A stretch of 33,798 nucleotides of DNA. Origin: an uncultured Chromatiales bacterium. Its GTDB lineage: Bacteria; Pseudomonadota; Gammaproteobacteria; Steroidobacterales; GCA-2729495. Both the position numbers and the translations under genes were made by a program. Shown piece by piece: positions 7,924 through 17,244 of this stretch. Every line of letters starts with the position of its first letter. Positions within the stretch are counted from its first letter, which is position 1. A model generated the notes under the pieces. The model ran no database searches and had not been told where the DNA came from. It saw nothing but the letters and a program-made list of their open reading frames with translations. The stretch spans positions 1 through 33,798 of the forward strand of contig CBFCXA010000001.1 in the NCBI GenBank assembly GCA_965601985.1. Direction: 5' to 3'.

Positions 7924-8243
7924 TGAGCATTCAGCGCGCGGCCAAGGGCAAACGGCCGGTCTTTACGACTGGTGAAGTCGACAAGAGCCTGAACCAGCTG
8001 CTTGCCATCATTTCGTCTTTGAGCGCCGAGGTCGCGGTGTTGCGCGACCGCCAGCGCACCGTCGAACAACTGCTCGCCGAGCGCGGCAGCGTGACGCTGG
8101 AAGACATCGAGAATTACGACCCCGGCATCGAGGACCTGGCCGAGCGCAATGCCTGGCAGCAGGGATTCCTGAAAAGGATCTACTACATCTTCGAGCAGGA
8201 CGCCGAGCAGCTCGCCCTGAATCAGGAAGCGCCGACCGACTAG
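7923..8243 (+). CDS. Small hypothetical protein (106 aa), translationally coupled to the methyltransferase
   Basis: Its ATG overlaps the upstream stop (TGATG at 7921-7925). It has GC3-rich coding bias and a charged, heptad-like central region ([31 protein letters not shown]). I recognise no family. Confidence 0.5.
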   Translation: MSIQRAAKGKRPVFTTGEVDKSLNQLLAIISSLSAEVAVLRDRQRTVEQLLAERGSVTLEDIENYDPGIEDLAERNAWQQGFLKRIYYIFEQDAEQLALNQEAPTD

Positions 8244-8743
8244 CCGGTGGCCGGGCCCTGACGTGTAACGCGTTTAGCCTTGGTCAGCACTTTCTGCTCC
8301 AGCGAACGCTTGTAGTCGGCAACGCGCGCGCGCAGCTCGTCGTCGCTGGTCGCGAGGATCTGCGCCGCCAGCAGCCCTGCGTTGGTCGCATTGTCGATCG
8401 CAACCGTGGCCACCGGCACGCCGGCCGGCATCTGCACGATCGACAGCAGCGCGTCTTCGCCTTCCATGCTTGTTGCGCTGATCGGCACGCCGATGACCGG
8501 CAGCGGGCTGATCGACGCGACCATGCCCGGCAGGTGCGCGGCGCCGCCGGCGCCGGCGATGATCACCCGCAGTCCTCGAGCCTCGGCCTGCTCGGCGTAG
8601 TCGTACATGCGCCGCGGCGTCCGATGCGCGCTGACGATGGTGAGTTCATAGGGAACCGCGAGCTCGTCGAGAACCGTCGCCGCCTTTTCCATGACCGGCA
8701 GGTCCGAGTCGCTGCCCATGATGATGCCAATGCGTACGTTCAT
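8240..8743 (-). CDS. purE: N5-carboxyaminoimidazole ribonucleotide mutase
   Basis: [14 protein letters not shown]...VSAHRTP...[17 protein letters not shown], the classic PurE class I motifs. The gene is coupled to purK by an ATGA overlap. Confidence 0.95.
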   Translation of the reverse strand: MNVRIGIIMGSDSDLPVMEKAATVLDELAVPYELTIVSAHRTPRRMYDYAEQAEARGLRVIIAGAGGAAHLPGMVASISPLPVIGVPISATSMEGEDALLSIVQMPAGVPVATVAIDNATNAGLLAAQILATSDDELRARVADYKRSLEQKVLTKAKRVTRQGPATG

Positions 8744-9882
8744 GCAGCGTCCTGGGTGTAATCGTCCAGCCGGCCTGTAACCTGGCGCGCCAGCCGGGCG
8801 GCTTCTTCGGTGGTGTCGTGCAGACAGGTCAGGTGACCCATCTTGCGCCAGGGCTTTGCTTCGCGCTTGCCATACCAGTGCAGGTAAGCGTCGGGCGCCG
8901 GTGTGACCGAGATGGCCTGGCGCGTGCCAACGGGGGCGCCGGGTGCAGCCAGCAGGTTGCGCATTACCGCGGCGCGCTGCTGGTCCACGGGCCCGAGCGG
9001 CAGGCCGGCGACCGCACGCAGATGCTGCTCGAACTGAGAGGTCGGACAGGCTTCCAGCGTGTAATGCCCGGCGTTGTGTACGCGGGGTGAAATCTCGTTG
9101 ATCAGCACTTCGTCTTCTTCGGTCACGAACATCTCGATCGAGAAAATGCCGACACCGTCGAGCGCGGTGACGGTGCGCTCGGCAATCTCGTGTGCGCGTT
9201 CGGCGACTGTGGCCGGGATCTCCGCCGGCGCATGCACTTCTTCAAGGATGTGCTGTTCGGTGTTGAATGCCATCGACACCGGCTCATAGCAGCGGGTCTC
9301 ACCATCGATACCGCGTGCAATCAGGATCGCAATCTCCCGGCGTTGCGCGAGACAGGGCTCTACGAGGCTGGGTATCGGCCACAGTTGGTCGGCATTCTCG
9401 ACCCGCTGTACGCCACGCCCGTCGTAGCCGCCCTGCTGCGCCTTTTGTACCAGCACCGGCCCGAGCTTCGCGGTCAGTGCGGCGAAGTCGGCCTCGCCGT
9501 CGTCGAGCACTTCGAACGGCAGCGTCGGCAACTCGTGGTCGCGCATCCAGTTTTTCTGCACGGCTTTGTTCTTGATCGTGCGCAGTACGTCGACGCTCGG
9601 ACGAACCACGACCTGTCCGTGGTTCTCGGCGTCGACCAGGCAGGCCATGACGTCGTCCGACACGGTTTCTATTTCGAACGTGATGACGTCGCTGAGTTCT
9701 ACCAGTTGCCTGACGGCATCAACGTCGTCGGTTGCGCCGGTAATGAACTCGCTGGCCCAGGTCGCCGCCGGCGCGTCCGGGTCGCCCGCCATGATGATCG
9801 CCTCGAGACCGAGATCGCGCGCAGCCCGGCCGAGGAACAGCCCGAGCTGTCCGCCGCCGATGATGCCAATCCTTGTCGCCAT
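8740..9882 (-). CDS. purK: N5-carboxyaminoimidazole ribonucleotide synthase
   Basis: N-terminus [10 protein letters not shown], an ATP-grasp body ([13 protein letters not shown]), and the conserved position upstream of purE. Confidence 0.9.
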   Translation of the reverse strand: MATRIGIIGGGQLGLFLGRAARDLGLEAIIMAGDPDAPAATWASEFITGATDDVDAVRQLVELSDVITFEIETVSDDVMACLVDAENHGQVVVRPSVDVLRTIKNKAVQKNWMRDHELPTLPFEVLDDGEADFAALTAKLGPVLVQKAQQGGYDGRGVQRVENADQLWPIPSLVEPCLAQRREIAILIARGIDGETRCYEPVSMAFNTEQHILEEVHAPAEIPATVAERAHEIAERTVTALDGVGIFSIEMFVTEEDEVLINEISPRVHNAGHYTLEACPTSQFEQHLRAVAGLPLGPVDQQRAAVMRNLLAAPGAPVGTRQAISVTPAPDAYLHWYGKREAKPWRKMGHLTCLHDTTEEAARLARQVTGRLDDYTQDAA

Positions 9883-9990
9883 GCCGGCCCCCGGCCGAGG
9901 AAATCGACTAGCTTACCCCATCCGCCGCGGCGATCCATACGCCGGTAGCGCTTTCCGCCCGGTGCCCGCGGTTTTCTGACTTCGACTAGA

Positions 9991-10003
9991 ACTTATGATA
10001 AGT
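9991..10003. promoter_or_regulatory. Candidate regulator-binding dyad ACTTAT-G-ATAAGT in the purK / nhaR-like divergent intergenic region
   Basis: Perfect 6+1+6 palindrome, AT-rich in a GC-rich genome, 74 bp upstream of the LysR-type gene start. TCGACT(AG) repeats flank it at 9904, 9982 and 10013. Confidence 0.3.
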
Positions 10004-10076
10004 CTCTACGAATCGACTTTTACGGATTAATGACGCGAGGCAGAATAGCGCTCGTTAAATGATCGGCAGACCGCCC

Positions 10077-10976
10077 ATGCGTCACCTCAATTACAGCCAT
10101 TTGCTCTACTTCTGGACCGTCGCCCGCGAAGGCAGCATCGCGAAGGCCTCCAAGGTGCTGCATCTGACCCCGCAGACCATCAGCGGGCAGATCAAGCTGC
10201 TGGAGGAATCGATCGGCGAACCGCTGTTCCAGCGGGTCGGGCGCGGGCTGGCCCTGACCGATACCGGACAGGTGGTTAACCAGTACGCTGACGAGATCTT
10301 TTCGCTGGGCGCAGAACTGACGCAACGAGTACGCAGCAAAGAGCCCGGCATGCCGGTGGCCTTGAACGTCGGCATCGTCAATTCGATTCCCAAGCTCGTC
10401 GCCTACCGCACGCTGGCGCCGGCGATGTCGATGGCCGACCCGATTCGCGTCGTCTGCTGGGAGGCTGACCTGGACCGTTTGCTCGGCGACCTCGCGGTGC
10501 ACCGTCTGGACCTGGTGCTGTCAGACCGGCCGGTACCTACCGGCCTCAACGTGAAGGCCTATAACCATCCGCTGGGGTCGAGCCCGGTTGCGATGTTTGC
10601 CGGCAAGAAACTGGTGACGAAGTATCGCAAGGGATTTCCCGAAAGCCTGCAGGACGCACCGCTGCTGATGCCGGTCAACACCAGCGCGCTGCGCCGCGGA
10701 CTCGACGAGTGGCTGGACCGTCACGGCGTGACGCCGAACGTGGTCGCCGAGTTCGATGACAGTGCGCTGATGAAGGCCTTCGGCGAAGCCGGCACCGGTA
10801 TCTTCCCCGCGCCACTGGCGATCGAAGCGGAGGTCGAGCACATGTACCACGCGCGCAGCATCGGTACCGTGGATGGTCTCAAGGAGAGCTATTTTGCGAT
10901 CTCGCCGGAGCGCAAGATCAAGCATCCGGCAGTACTGCAGATCACCGCGGCAGCCCGCGAGGGGCTGTTTGTCTAG
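10077..10976 (+). CDS. nhaR: LysR-family transcriptional regulator, NhaR-like
   Basis: MRHLNYSHLLYFWTVAREGSIAKASKVLHLTPQTISGQIKLLEE, EFDDSALMKAFG and ERKIKHPAV closely parallel E. coli NhaR as I remember it. The start is taken at the second Met (10077). Confidence 0.7.
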   Translation: MRHLNYSHLLYFWTVAREGSIAKASKVLHLTPQTISGQIKLLEESIGEPLFQRVGRGLALTDTGQVVNQYADEIFSLGAELTQRVRSKEPGMPVALNVGIVNSIPKLVAYRTLAPAMSMADPIRVVCWEADLDRLLGDLAVHRLDLVLSDRPVPTGLNVKAYNHPLGSSPVAMFAGKKLVTKYRKGFPESLQDAPLLMPVNTSALRRGLDEWLDRHGVTPNVVAEFDDSALMKAFGEAGTGIFPAPLAIEAEVEHMYHARSIGTVDGLKESYFAISPERKIKHPAVLQITAAAREGLFV

Positions 10977-11281
10977 CGCCTGGCCGCGACCCCGTTGCGT
11001 TCGCGCACGATCGTGCGCTTGGCGCGCGTGAGGGTGTCCATGATTGCCGTCTGTCCGTCCGGGTGCTGCGCCGATACGCTGTAGGTGCGCCCGTTACTGG
11101 CCCTGCCGCGCAACTCACAGCGATAGGCGATGGTACCGTCGCCGTTACTCCGTACCGGCTGGAAGTCGATGCGCAGGCTGCTCAGGCTGCCGCGCACCGG
11201 CGACAGCGTCAGGTTGACCTGGCGTTCGATAATCGGCCGCCATTCAGGCGAGATTTCATCCGGGACCTGTACGCGCAGCAT
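10973..11281 (-). CDS. Small hypothetical protein, possibly HPF/RaiA-like
   Basis: Start taken at MLRVQV (ATG 11281). The ~100-aa size and the alternating beta/alpha pattern with a central ...YRCELRG... and a C-terminal helix (AIMDTLTRAKRTIVRE) resemble short HPF/RaiA-family proteins. This assignment is weak. Confidence 0.35.
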   Translation of the reverse strand: MLRVQVPDEISPEWRPIIERQVNLTLSPVRGSLSSLRIDFQPVRSNGDGTIAYRCELRGRASNGRTYSVSAQHPDGQTAIMDTLTRAKRTIVRERNGVAARR

Positions 11282-11398
11282 GGGTGCTGACCTGCTTGAA
11301 GTTCTAACGCAACAGTTTAGGCGGGCGTCGGAATCCGACAAGCAGAGATATACAGACCCGCTCATCGACACAGTCGAATCACGTTCGACCGGCCCGGG

Positions 11399-12358
11399 TC
11401 AGATGCGCTGCACCAGCTGGTGGGCAATGCCGTGCGGCGCCCGCAGCCATGCCGAGCGCACCCGGCCGAAGCTGCCCAGGTTCAGTTCGACAGGCGGGCA
11501 GAGCAGACTGCCCGGCCAGTCGCCGGCCGCATCGACGCAGGCATCCAGGCCGGGTACTTCCACCAGCGCACCGGCAATGCCGCGGTCTGGAAAACCGGCG
11601 CGGTCGGCCAGCGAGACCGCCGTGTCGGAGCGGGTGCCGTAGTGAATCAGTCCGAAGAACGGCTGCTGCAGCGTCGTGCCCATGTTGACGGCGGTCAGCT
11701 GCATGCCGCCGGCGCCGTCGACCAGCTCGCCGAAGCTGTCGTCGTCGAAGCCATACCGATACACGTCTTCGAAACCCAGCATGTCGCGATAGAAACGCAT
11801 GGCTGCGTCGCGTTCGCGCGTTGGCGTTGACACGCTCATGACCTCGCTGAACGGCCGGTCGCTGACCTGCACGACGCGGCCCATGAAATCTGCTGGCCCG
11901 TCGAGCAGCGCATAGACCACTTCGTCTTCCGTCCACAGGTGTGCTTCGCGGAACCGGCCTTCGACCATCTCATAGTCGGCGATGCTGTCGCGTACGGAAA
12001 AGCCTCGCGCAGCCAGCTCATCAAGTGCCGCGTCGAAGTCAGTGGTGTAGAAGTCGATGACCTTCAGCGCATCGTGTTCATCGCCGCGCCGGCGGTCGCG
12101 AATGGTTTGCGACGATGACGGGTCGAGTTCGACCAGCAATACGCCCGACTGCGTGCCCGGTGTCAGGTACAGCTCGGCGCAGGCACGGTCTGCGTCGACG
12201 CCCCATAGCGCCCGCACCAGGTCAGCGTCGATGTCCAGCGATACGTCCTGCTCGAGGCCAAAGACCTCTACCAGCAGTTCGCGATGCGCGCCGCGGTTCC
12301 CTGTGGACAGAATCGGGCCGACGAGTTGCCGGCCGCGGTCGGGCATTACGGGTGACAA
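11399..12358 (-). CDS. Two-domain VOC (glyoxalase/bleomycin-resistance/dioxygenase) family protein
   Basis: Repeated VOC-like modules (...RFYRDMLGFEDVY..., ...LLVEVFGLE...) with good coding bias. The start is uncertain (TTG 12358 or ATG 12346). Confidence 0.5.
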   Translation of the reverse strand: MSPVMPDRGRQLVGPILSTGNRGAHRELLVEVFGLEQDVSLDIDADLVRALWGVDADRACAELYLTPGTQSGVLLVELDPSSSQTIRDRRRGDEHDALKVIDFYTTDFDAALDELAARGFSVRDSIADYEMVEGRFREAHLWTEDEVVYALLDGPADFMGRVVQVSDRPFSEVMSVSTPTRERDAAMRFYRDMLGFEDVYRYGFDDDSFGELVDGAGGMQLTAVNMGTTLQQPFFGLIHYGTRSDTAVSLADRAGFPDRGIAGALVEVPGLDACVDAAGDWPGSLLCPPVELNLGSFGRVRSAWLRAPHGIAHQLVQRI

Positions 12359-12379
12359 CGGGCGGCGTTCAGCTGTGGA

Positions 12380-13171
12380 TCAGCGCTGCGCGACTTCGGT
12401 GGCGGGCGCCAGCGATTGGTACTCGACCAGGTCGGCAACCATGAACCTTTTGCCGCTGCGCAGCTGTTCGAGACGCACCGGCAGGTAGTCCAGCTCCGGC
12501 GCCACCCAGATGAAACTCTCTTCGTCGTCTTTCGGGTGCAGGTGACGGATCTTCATCGCGGTGAATTTCCCGTACGGCACCTTGATGACCTTTTCTTCGC
12601 CGTAGCCCATCTCGATGTCGACCAGCTCGTCACGGTCGAGGATGGTGTAGATCGTCGGGCGTCTGCCGCTGGCGAGGTCGTGCATCATGCGGATCGGCAG
12701 CAGCGATCGGTCCATCACCTGGTTGTTGATCGGCAACTCGATCGGCTTGTCCTTGTAAATACCCCGGGCGACGCCTTCGTCCCACAGAAACTCGTACTCG
12801 CCGTTGCGCGGCCGGCTGCCGAATTCGTTGATCAGCGAATAGTTGATCGTCTGCGGGTAGCTGGGTTCAAGGTCGAATACCGTGACCTCGCTAAGCCCCC
12901 CGCGCGCCAGCGCCTTCCAGACGCCGGTCGCAGCCAGGCTGGTGGCGAAACGGTAGTCGCCGTCGTCGGCGTGGTCGAGCGTGAGCACGGCCTTGCCGCG
13001 GGCGATCAGGACCTTGACGCGATATTCCGCGTGGAACGGCGCCGGCATTTTGGCCAGCGCGGCCTCCGGACTGATCGTCGTGTTCTCGGCTATCCATTCA
13101 TTGCCATGGGCCGCCGGCAGGCCGGCGAACAGCAGGAGGGTCAAAGGGAGCAGGTTGCGCAGCATCATCAT
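12380..13171 (-). CDS. Secreted DUF3108-like protein
   Basis: Start taken at MMMLRNLLPLTLLLFAGLPAAHG (signal peptide). The body pattern (YRVKV...GKAVLTL...YRF...WVAPELDYLPVRLEQ) resembles DUF3108 proteins. Confidence 0.55.
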   Translation of the reverse strand: MMMLRNLLPLTLLLFAGLPAAHGNEWIAENTTISPEAALAKMPAPFHAEYRVKVLIARGKAVLTLDHADDGDYRFATSLAATGVWKALARGGLSEVTVFDLEPSYPQTINYSLINEFGSRPRNGEYEFLWDEGVARGIYKDKPIELPINNQVMDRSLLPIRMMHDLASGRRPTIYTILDRDELVDIEMGYGEEKVIKVPYGKFTAMKIRHLHPKDDEESFIWVAPELDYLPVRLEQLRSGKRFMVADLVEYQSLAPATEVAQR

Positions 13172-13283
13172 CCGTGACGTCAGGCGAAGGGAGACTAAGT
13201 TTACCGTGCTGGCCGCCCGGTACTCAACGAACAATATTCAATTATTTCAATAGGTTAAAATCTCGCTCGCAAACGATGGGGCG

Positions 13284-13871
13284 TCAGCCGGCAGTCTCGC
13301 CGAACAGGCGCTGCTCCACCGAGTCGATCAGGATGTGGATGACCTTGATATGCAGCTCCTGAACCCGGTCGGCGTATTTGCGACCCGGCGTAATGACCGC
13401 GACGTCGGCCAGCCCCGGCAGTATCGACTCGGCGCGACCGGTCAGCACGATGCTCCGCATTCCGATCTTCCGCGCCTTCTCGACGGCAAGCACGACGTTG
13501 GCACTATTGCCGCTGGTACTGATGCCCAACAGCACATCGCCGGGGCGGCCATGTGCTTCAACGTAGCGCGAGAACACATAGTCGTAACCGTAGTCGTTTG
13601 CCACACAGCTCAGGTGGCTGGGGTCGCTGATCGAAGCGGCACCCAGCGCCGGGCGGTCTTCGCGAAAGCGCCCGGACAGCTCCTCGGCGAAGTGCATGGC
13701 GTCGCACATCGAACCGCCGTTACCGCAGGAGTAAGCGCGATTGCCGTTGCGAAAAGCCTCGGCCAGCACTTCGCCGGCGCGATCTATCGCGGCGAGCGCG
13801 GACTCGTTGGCCCTCAGCTCGTCCAGCACCTGGGCGCACTCGGCCAGTGTGTCCCTGATAAGATCCGGCAC
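13284..13871 (-). CDS. gmhA: D-sedoheptulose-7-phosphate isomerase (SIS domain)
   Basis: CGNGGSMCDAMHFAEELSGRFRE...LLGISTSGNSANV...YADRVQELHIKVIHILID is near-colinear with E. coli GmhA. The start is set at GTG 13871 (VPDLIRDTL aligns with MYQDLIRNEL), giving 195 aa. The listed 320-aa ORF is over-extended. Confidence 0.9.
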   Translation of the reverse strand: MPDLIRDTLAECAQVLDELRANESALAAIDRAGEVLAEAFRNGNRAYSCGNGGSMCDAMHFAEELSGRFREDRPALGAASISDPSHLSCVANDYGYDYVFSRYVEAHGRPGDVLLGISTSGNSANVVLAVEKARKIGMRSIVLTGRAESILPGLADVAVITPGRKYADRVQELHIKVIHILIDSVEQRLFGETAG

Positions 13872-13941
13872 GTCGACATCCGCGTATAACCTTGCAGCTC
13901 GCAGAATATCAAAGCCCGACCGGCGCCGCCCCGCGCAAGCG

Positions 13942-14829
13942 ATGAAAGCACTCGCCACCACGCGCCCGCCGTTCCTGTTGCTGGCGCCCGCCAGTGCTGC
14001 GCCCGGCGTGGCTGCGGCTGCAATGGTCGGGCCGCTGGACATCGGGCTGGTCGTACTGGTGGTGCTGGCTGCACTGTTTGCGCACATGGCCGTGAATGCC
14101 TTCAACGAGGTCGGTGACTTCGAGAGCGGCCTGGATCTGAATACGCAGCGCACGCCGTTCAGCGGCGGCAGTGGCGCGATCCCGTCGGATACATCCTTGC
14201 TCGGGCCCGCGCGGACCATCGCCTGGGTATCGCTGCTGGTCTGCATCGGGATTGGTATTTACTTCGTCTGGCTCCGCGGGCCATTGCTGGGGCTGGTAGG
14301 GGCGCTGGGCATCGTCGTGATCGCCGCGTACACACCGCTGCTGGTGCGCCGACCGCTGCTTTGCCTGGTTGCACCCGGCACCGGCTTCGGCCTGGTCACG
14401 GTCATCGGCAGTGCCAATGCGCTGAGCGGCGAGTGGCCGCTGGCAGCATGCTGGGCCGCACTGCCGGTGTTTTTCCTGGTCAACAATCTGTTGCTGCTGA
14501 ACCAGTTGCCCGACATGGACGCGGACCGCGCCGTCGGGCGGGCCAACCTGCCGCTGACTCGAGGTGTGCGTGGCACCGCACTGGCCTACGGCGGGATGCT
14601 GCTCGGCGCAGTGGCGAGCCTGCTGGTCGCGGTCAGTCTTGGTGTGCTGCCAACGGCCTGCCTGGTTGGGTTGCTGCCGATGCTGCCGGCGCTGCCGATC
14701 GCCGGCGTGATCTGGCGCTGGCAGGGCGATGTGTCGGTACTGATGCCGTGGATGGCGGTCAACGTAGTGGCCAGCCTGCTCTCGCCGGTGTTGCTGGCTG
14801 CAGGGCTGGTCTGGTCGTTGCGAGCCTAG
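13942..14829 (+). CDS. UbiA-family (MenA-like) membrane prenyltransferase
   Basis: Start taken at MKALATTRPPFLLLAP (ATG 13942). Polytopic membrane protein with the Asp-rich motifs NAFNEVGDFESGLD and LPDMDADRAVG. Confidence 0.7.
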   Translation: MKALATTRPPFLLLAPASAAPGVAAAAMVGPLDIGLVVLVVLAALFAHMAVNAFNEVGDFESGLDLNTQRTPFSGGSGAIPSDTSLLGPARTIAWVSLLVCIGIGIYFVWLRGPLLGLVGALGIVVIAAYTPLLVRRPLLCLVAPGTGFGLVTVIGSANALSGEWPLAACWAALPVFFLVNNLLLLNQLPDMDADRAVGRANLPLTRGVRGTALAYGGMLLGAVASLLVAVSLGVLPTACLVGLLPMLPALPIAGVIWRWQGDVSVLMPWMAVNVVASLLSPVLLAAGLVWSLRA

Positions 14830-14864
14830 TGGCACTCAGGCATCGGCGCTGCCTGGACGACTAA

Positions 14865-16028
14865 CTAGCGACCGGTCGAGTTTCCGACCAGGCTCTGCAG
14901 CTGCTCTTCGCCGTAGCCCAGTTGCGCGAAGACTTCCCGGGTGTGTTCACCGTAGCCGGGCGGTGCGTAGTCCGGCCGGGCCGGCTCCGCGGCGAAGTGC
15001 ATCGGATTACCCACGTGCCGCAGCCCGTCGTCGGCGGTCAGCGCCATGCCACGTGCCCTCGCGTGCGGGTCTTCGTGGGCTTCCTTCAGGCTCAGCACCG
15101 GCGCGTAGCAGATGTCGCGCCCTTCGAACCAGGTGTTCCACTCATCGCGCGTTTTCTGCAGGAACTTATCCGCAAGGAAGTCGATAACCGGTTGCTGATG
15201 CGCGCCCGGTCCGCGCTCGCAGAGTTCAGCGAGGTCCATGCGATCGAACTCGGTCAGCAGGTTGCGCACGAACTTCGGTTCCTGTCCGGCGAGAGAAATA
15301 TAGTTGCCGTCGGCGGTCTCGTAGATCCGGTAGAAGGCACCGCCGCCCAGCGTGCGTTCGAGGCCGGGGCGCGGTGAGCGATCTTCGGCAAACACCGGGC
15401 CGAGCACGTTGGGCGCCCAGCACAGCAGCGAGTCCTGCATCGCGATGTCGACATAGTCACCTTCGCCGGTCTGCACGCGCCGGTACAGCGCCATCAGCAC
15501 CGCGCCCAGCGCGGTATGCGCCGCGGCGAGGTCGGCCGCCGGGATCGCCGGCATGGCCGGGCGGCCGTCGCTGCCGACGTTCAGGCTGACGAAGCCGGCC
15601 AGGCTCTGGTTCGCCAGGTCGTGCGCGGGTCGATTGCGGTACGGCCCGCTCTGGCCGAACGCGCTGATCGAGCAGTAGACGATGTCGGGCCGTCGCTCGC
15701 GCACCGTGTCGTAGTCGACGCCGAGTCGCTGCACGACACCCGGTCTGAAGCCCTCCACGAATACATCGGCGCTTGCGCAGAGATCCAGCAACGCCTCGCG
15801 ACCGGCGTCGGACTTCAGGTTCAGCACCACGCTTTTCTTGCCGCGATTCGCGTTGCGAAAGAACACCGAGCAGCCTTCCTGCTGCTGGCCGATGGCGCGC
15901 GCCGGATCGCCACCGCCGGGCGGTTCGACCTTGATCACCTCGGCGCCGTGGTCGGCCATCATCAGGGTCATGAACGGACCCGGCAGGAACAGCGACAGGT
16001 CGACGACCCGCAGCCCTTCGAGTTTCAT
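14865..16028 (-). CDS. Family III (CaiB/BaiF) CoA-transferase, paralog 2
   Basis: N-terminus LEGLRVVDLSLFLPGPFMTLMMADHGAEVIKVEPPGGGDP. Its start overlaps the stop of the upstream paralog (ATGA at 16025-16028). Confidence 0.85.
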   Translation of the reverse strand: MKLEGLRVVDLSLFLPGPFMTLMMADHGAEVIKVEPPGGGDPARAIGQQQEGCSVFFRNANRGKKSVVLNLKSDAGREALLDLCASADVFVEGFRPGVVQRLGVDYDTVRERRPDIVYCSISAFGQSGPYRNRPAHDLANQSLAGFVSLNVGSDGRPAMPAIPAADLAAAHTALGAVLMALYRRVQTGEGDYVDIAMQDSLLCWAPNVLGPVFAEDRSPRPGLERTLGGGAFYRIYETADGNYISLAGQEPKFVRNLLTEFDRMDLAELCERGPGAHQQPVIDFLADKFLQKTRDEWNTWFEGRDICYAPVLSLKEAHEDPHARARGMALTADDGLRHVGNPMHFAAEPARPDYAPPGYGEHTREVFAQLGYGEEQLQSLVGNSTGR

Positions 16029-17242
16029 GCCGTGCCTCGTGGCTCGCCGATCACGCTGTTGCGCGCGAGCTCGTCCACTTCGCCTTCGCTGTAGCCGAGT
16101 TCACCGAGCAGCGCACGGGTGTCGGCGCCCAGTGCCGGGCCGGCTTTCGAATCGGGCCGCTTCCCGTCCAGCTTGATCGGGTTGGCCAGCGCCTCGTAGT
16201 CCGGTTTCTGCGGATGCGGCACGCCGCGTCGCATACCCGTCTCGCGCAGGAACGGATTGTCCAGTGCCTGTCCCAGGCTCAGTACCGGTGCGGCCGGCAT
16301 CTTGCGGCGCAGGCGATCCAGCCAGGACTCGGTCGATTCCTGACGAAAAATCTCGTCGAGAATTTCCGTGAGCACGGCGCGGTTGATGCGCCGTGCCGCG
16401 GCGCTGTGAAAGCGCTCGTCTTCGTCCAGGTCCGGCCGCCCGAGTTCGTCTACCAGGATCTGCCAGAACTTGTCCGTCATGCACATGACGAAGACCCAGC
16501 CGTCGCTGGTCGGGAACAGCTGCACCGGCACCTGGGCCGGGTGCGCGCTGCGCGGCTGGCGCTGTATTTCGTCCTGCTCGTTGATGTACCACGCGCCCGG
16601 GTAGCTGAGCTGGTGCAGCGCGACGTCGAACAGGCTCACATCGATGTCGCCGCCCACCCCGGTGTCGCGCACCTGGTAGAGCTTCGAGACCATTGCCAGC
16701 GCGGTGGTGATGCCGGTCATGTAGTCGATGATCGACAGGCCCATGCGTGTCGGCGCGCCATCCGGTTCGCCGGTCACGCTCATGAAACCGGCTTCGGCCT
16801 GCATCAGGTAGTCGTACCCGGGCCAGGCCTTGCGCTCGTTGTCGCGCCCGTAGGCGGACAGGTGTGCGCAGACGATTGCCGGGTTGATGTCTTTCAGGCT
16901 GGCGTAATCCAGGCCGAGTTTCTCGGGCTGGTCGCCGCGCAGATTGTTCAGCACCGCGTCGGCTTTCGCGGCCAGTCGGTGGAAGATCTCGCGCCCCTCG
17001 GGCGTCTTTACGTTCAGCGCGACGCTCTTCTTGTTCAAGTTGAAGCACTGGAAGAAGTGGCTGTCCTGGGGCCCGAGGAAATGCGGCCCCATGCTGCGCG
17101 TTGCGTCGCCGTCGGTCAGGTGGTTCTCGATCTTGATGACCTCGGCGCCGAGGTCGGCGAGATACATCGAGCCGAAGGGCCCGGCCCCCACCGCTTCAAA
17201 GGTCAGGATTCTCAAGCCGCTGAGCGGCTGCCCGGAAAGCAT
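16025..17242 (-). CDS. Family III (CaiB/BaiF) CoA-transferase, paralog 1
   Basis: N-terminus LSGLRILTFEAVGAGPFGSMYLADLGAEVIKIEN. It starts 2 nt after the acyl-CoA dehydrogenase stop. Confidence 0.85.
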   Translation of the reverse strand: MLSGQPLSGLRILTFEAVGAGPFGSMYLADLGAEVIKIENHLTDGDATRSMGPHFLGPQDSHFFQCFNLNKKSVALNVKTPEGREIFHRLAAKADAVLNNLRGDQPEKLGLDYASLKDINPAIVCAHLSAYGRDNERKAWPGYDYLMQAEAGFMSVTGEPDGAPTRMGLSIIDYMTGITTALAMVSKLYQVRDTGVGGDIDVSLFDVALHQLSYPGAWYINEQDEIQRQPRSAHPAQVPVQLFPTSDGWVFVMCMTDKFWQILVDELGRPDLDEDERFHSAAARRINRAVLTEILDEIFRQESTESWLDRLRRKMPAAPVLSLGQALDNPFLRETGMRRGVPHPQKPDYEALANPIKLDGKRPDSKAGPALGADTRALLGELGYSEGEVDELARNSVIGEPRGTA

Positions 17243-17244
17243 AC

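Noticed and set aside
13741-14246. Mutually overlapping N-terminal extensions of the gmhA ORF (to 14246) and the UbiA ORF (from 13741)
   Set aside because: Colinearity with E. coli GmhA fixes the start near 13871, and the membrane protein begins at MKAL (13942). The extensions are low-complexity sequence antisense to each other. The real arrangement is divergent genes with a 70-bp spacer.
14837-14855. Short hairpin CAGGCA-N7-TGCCTG between the convergent UbiA and CoA-transferase genes, as a terminator
   Set aside because: It has only a 6-bp stem and no U-tract on either strand, which is too weak to call.
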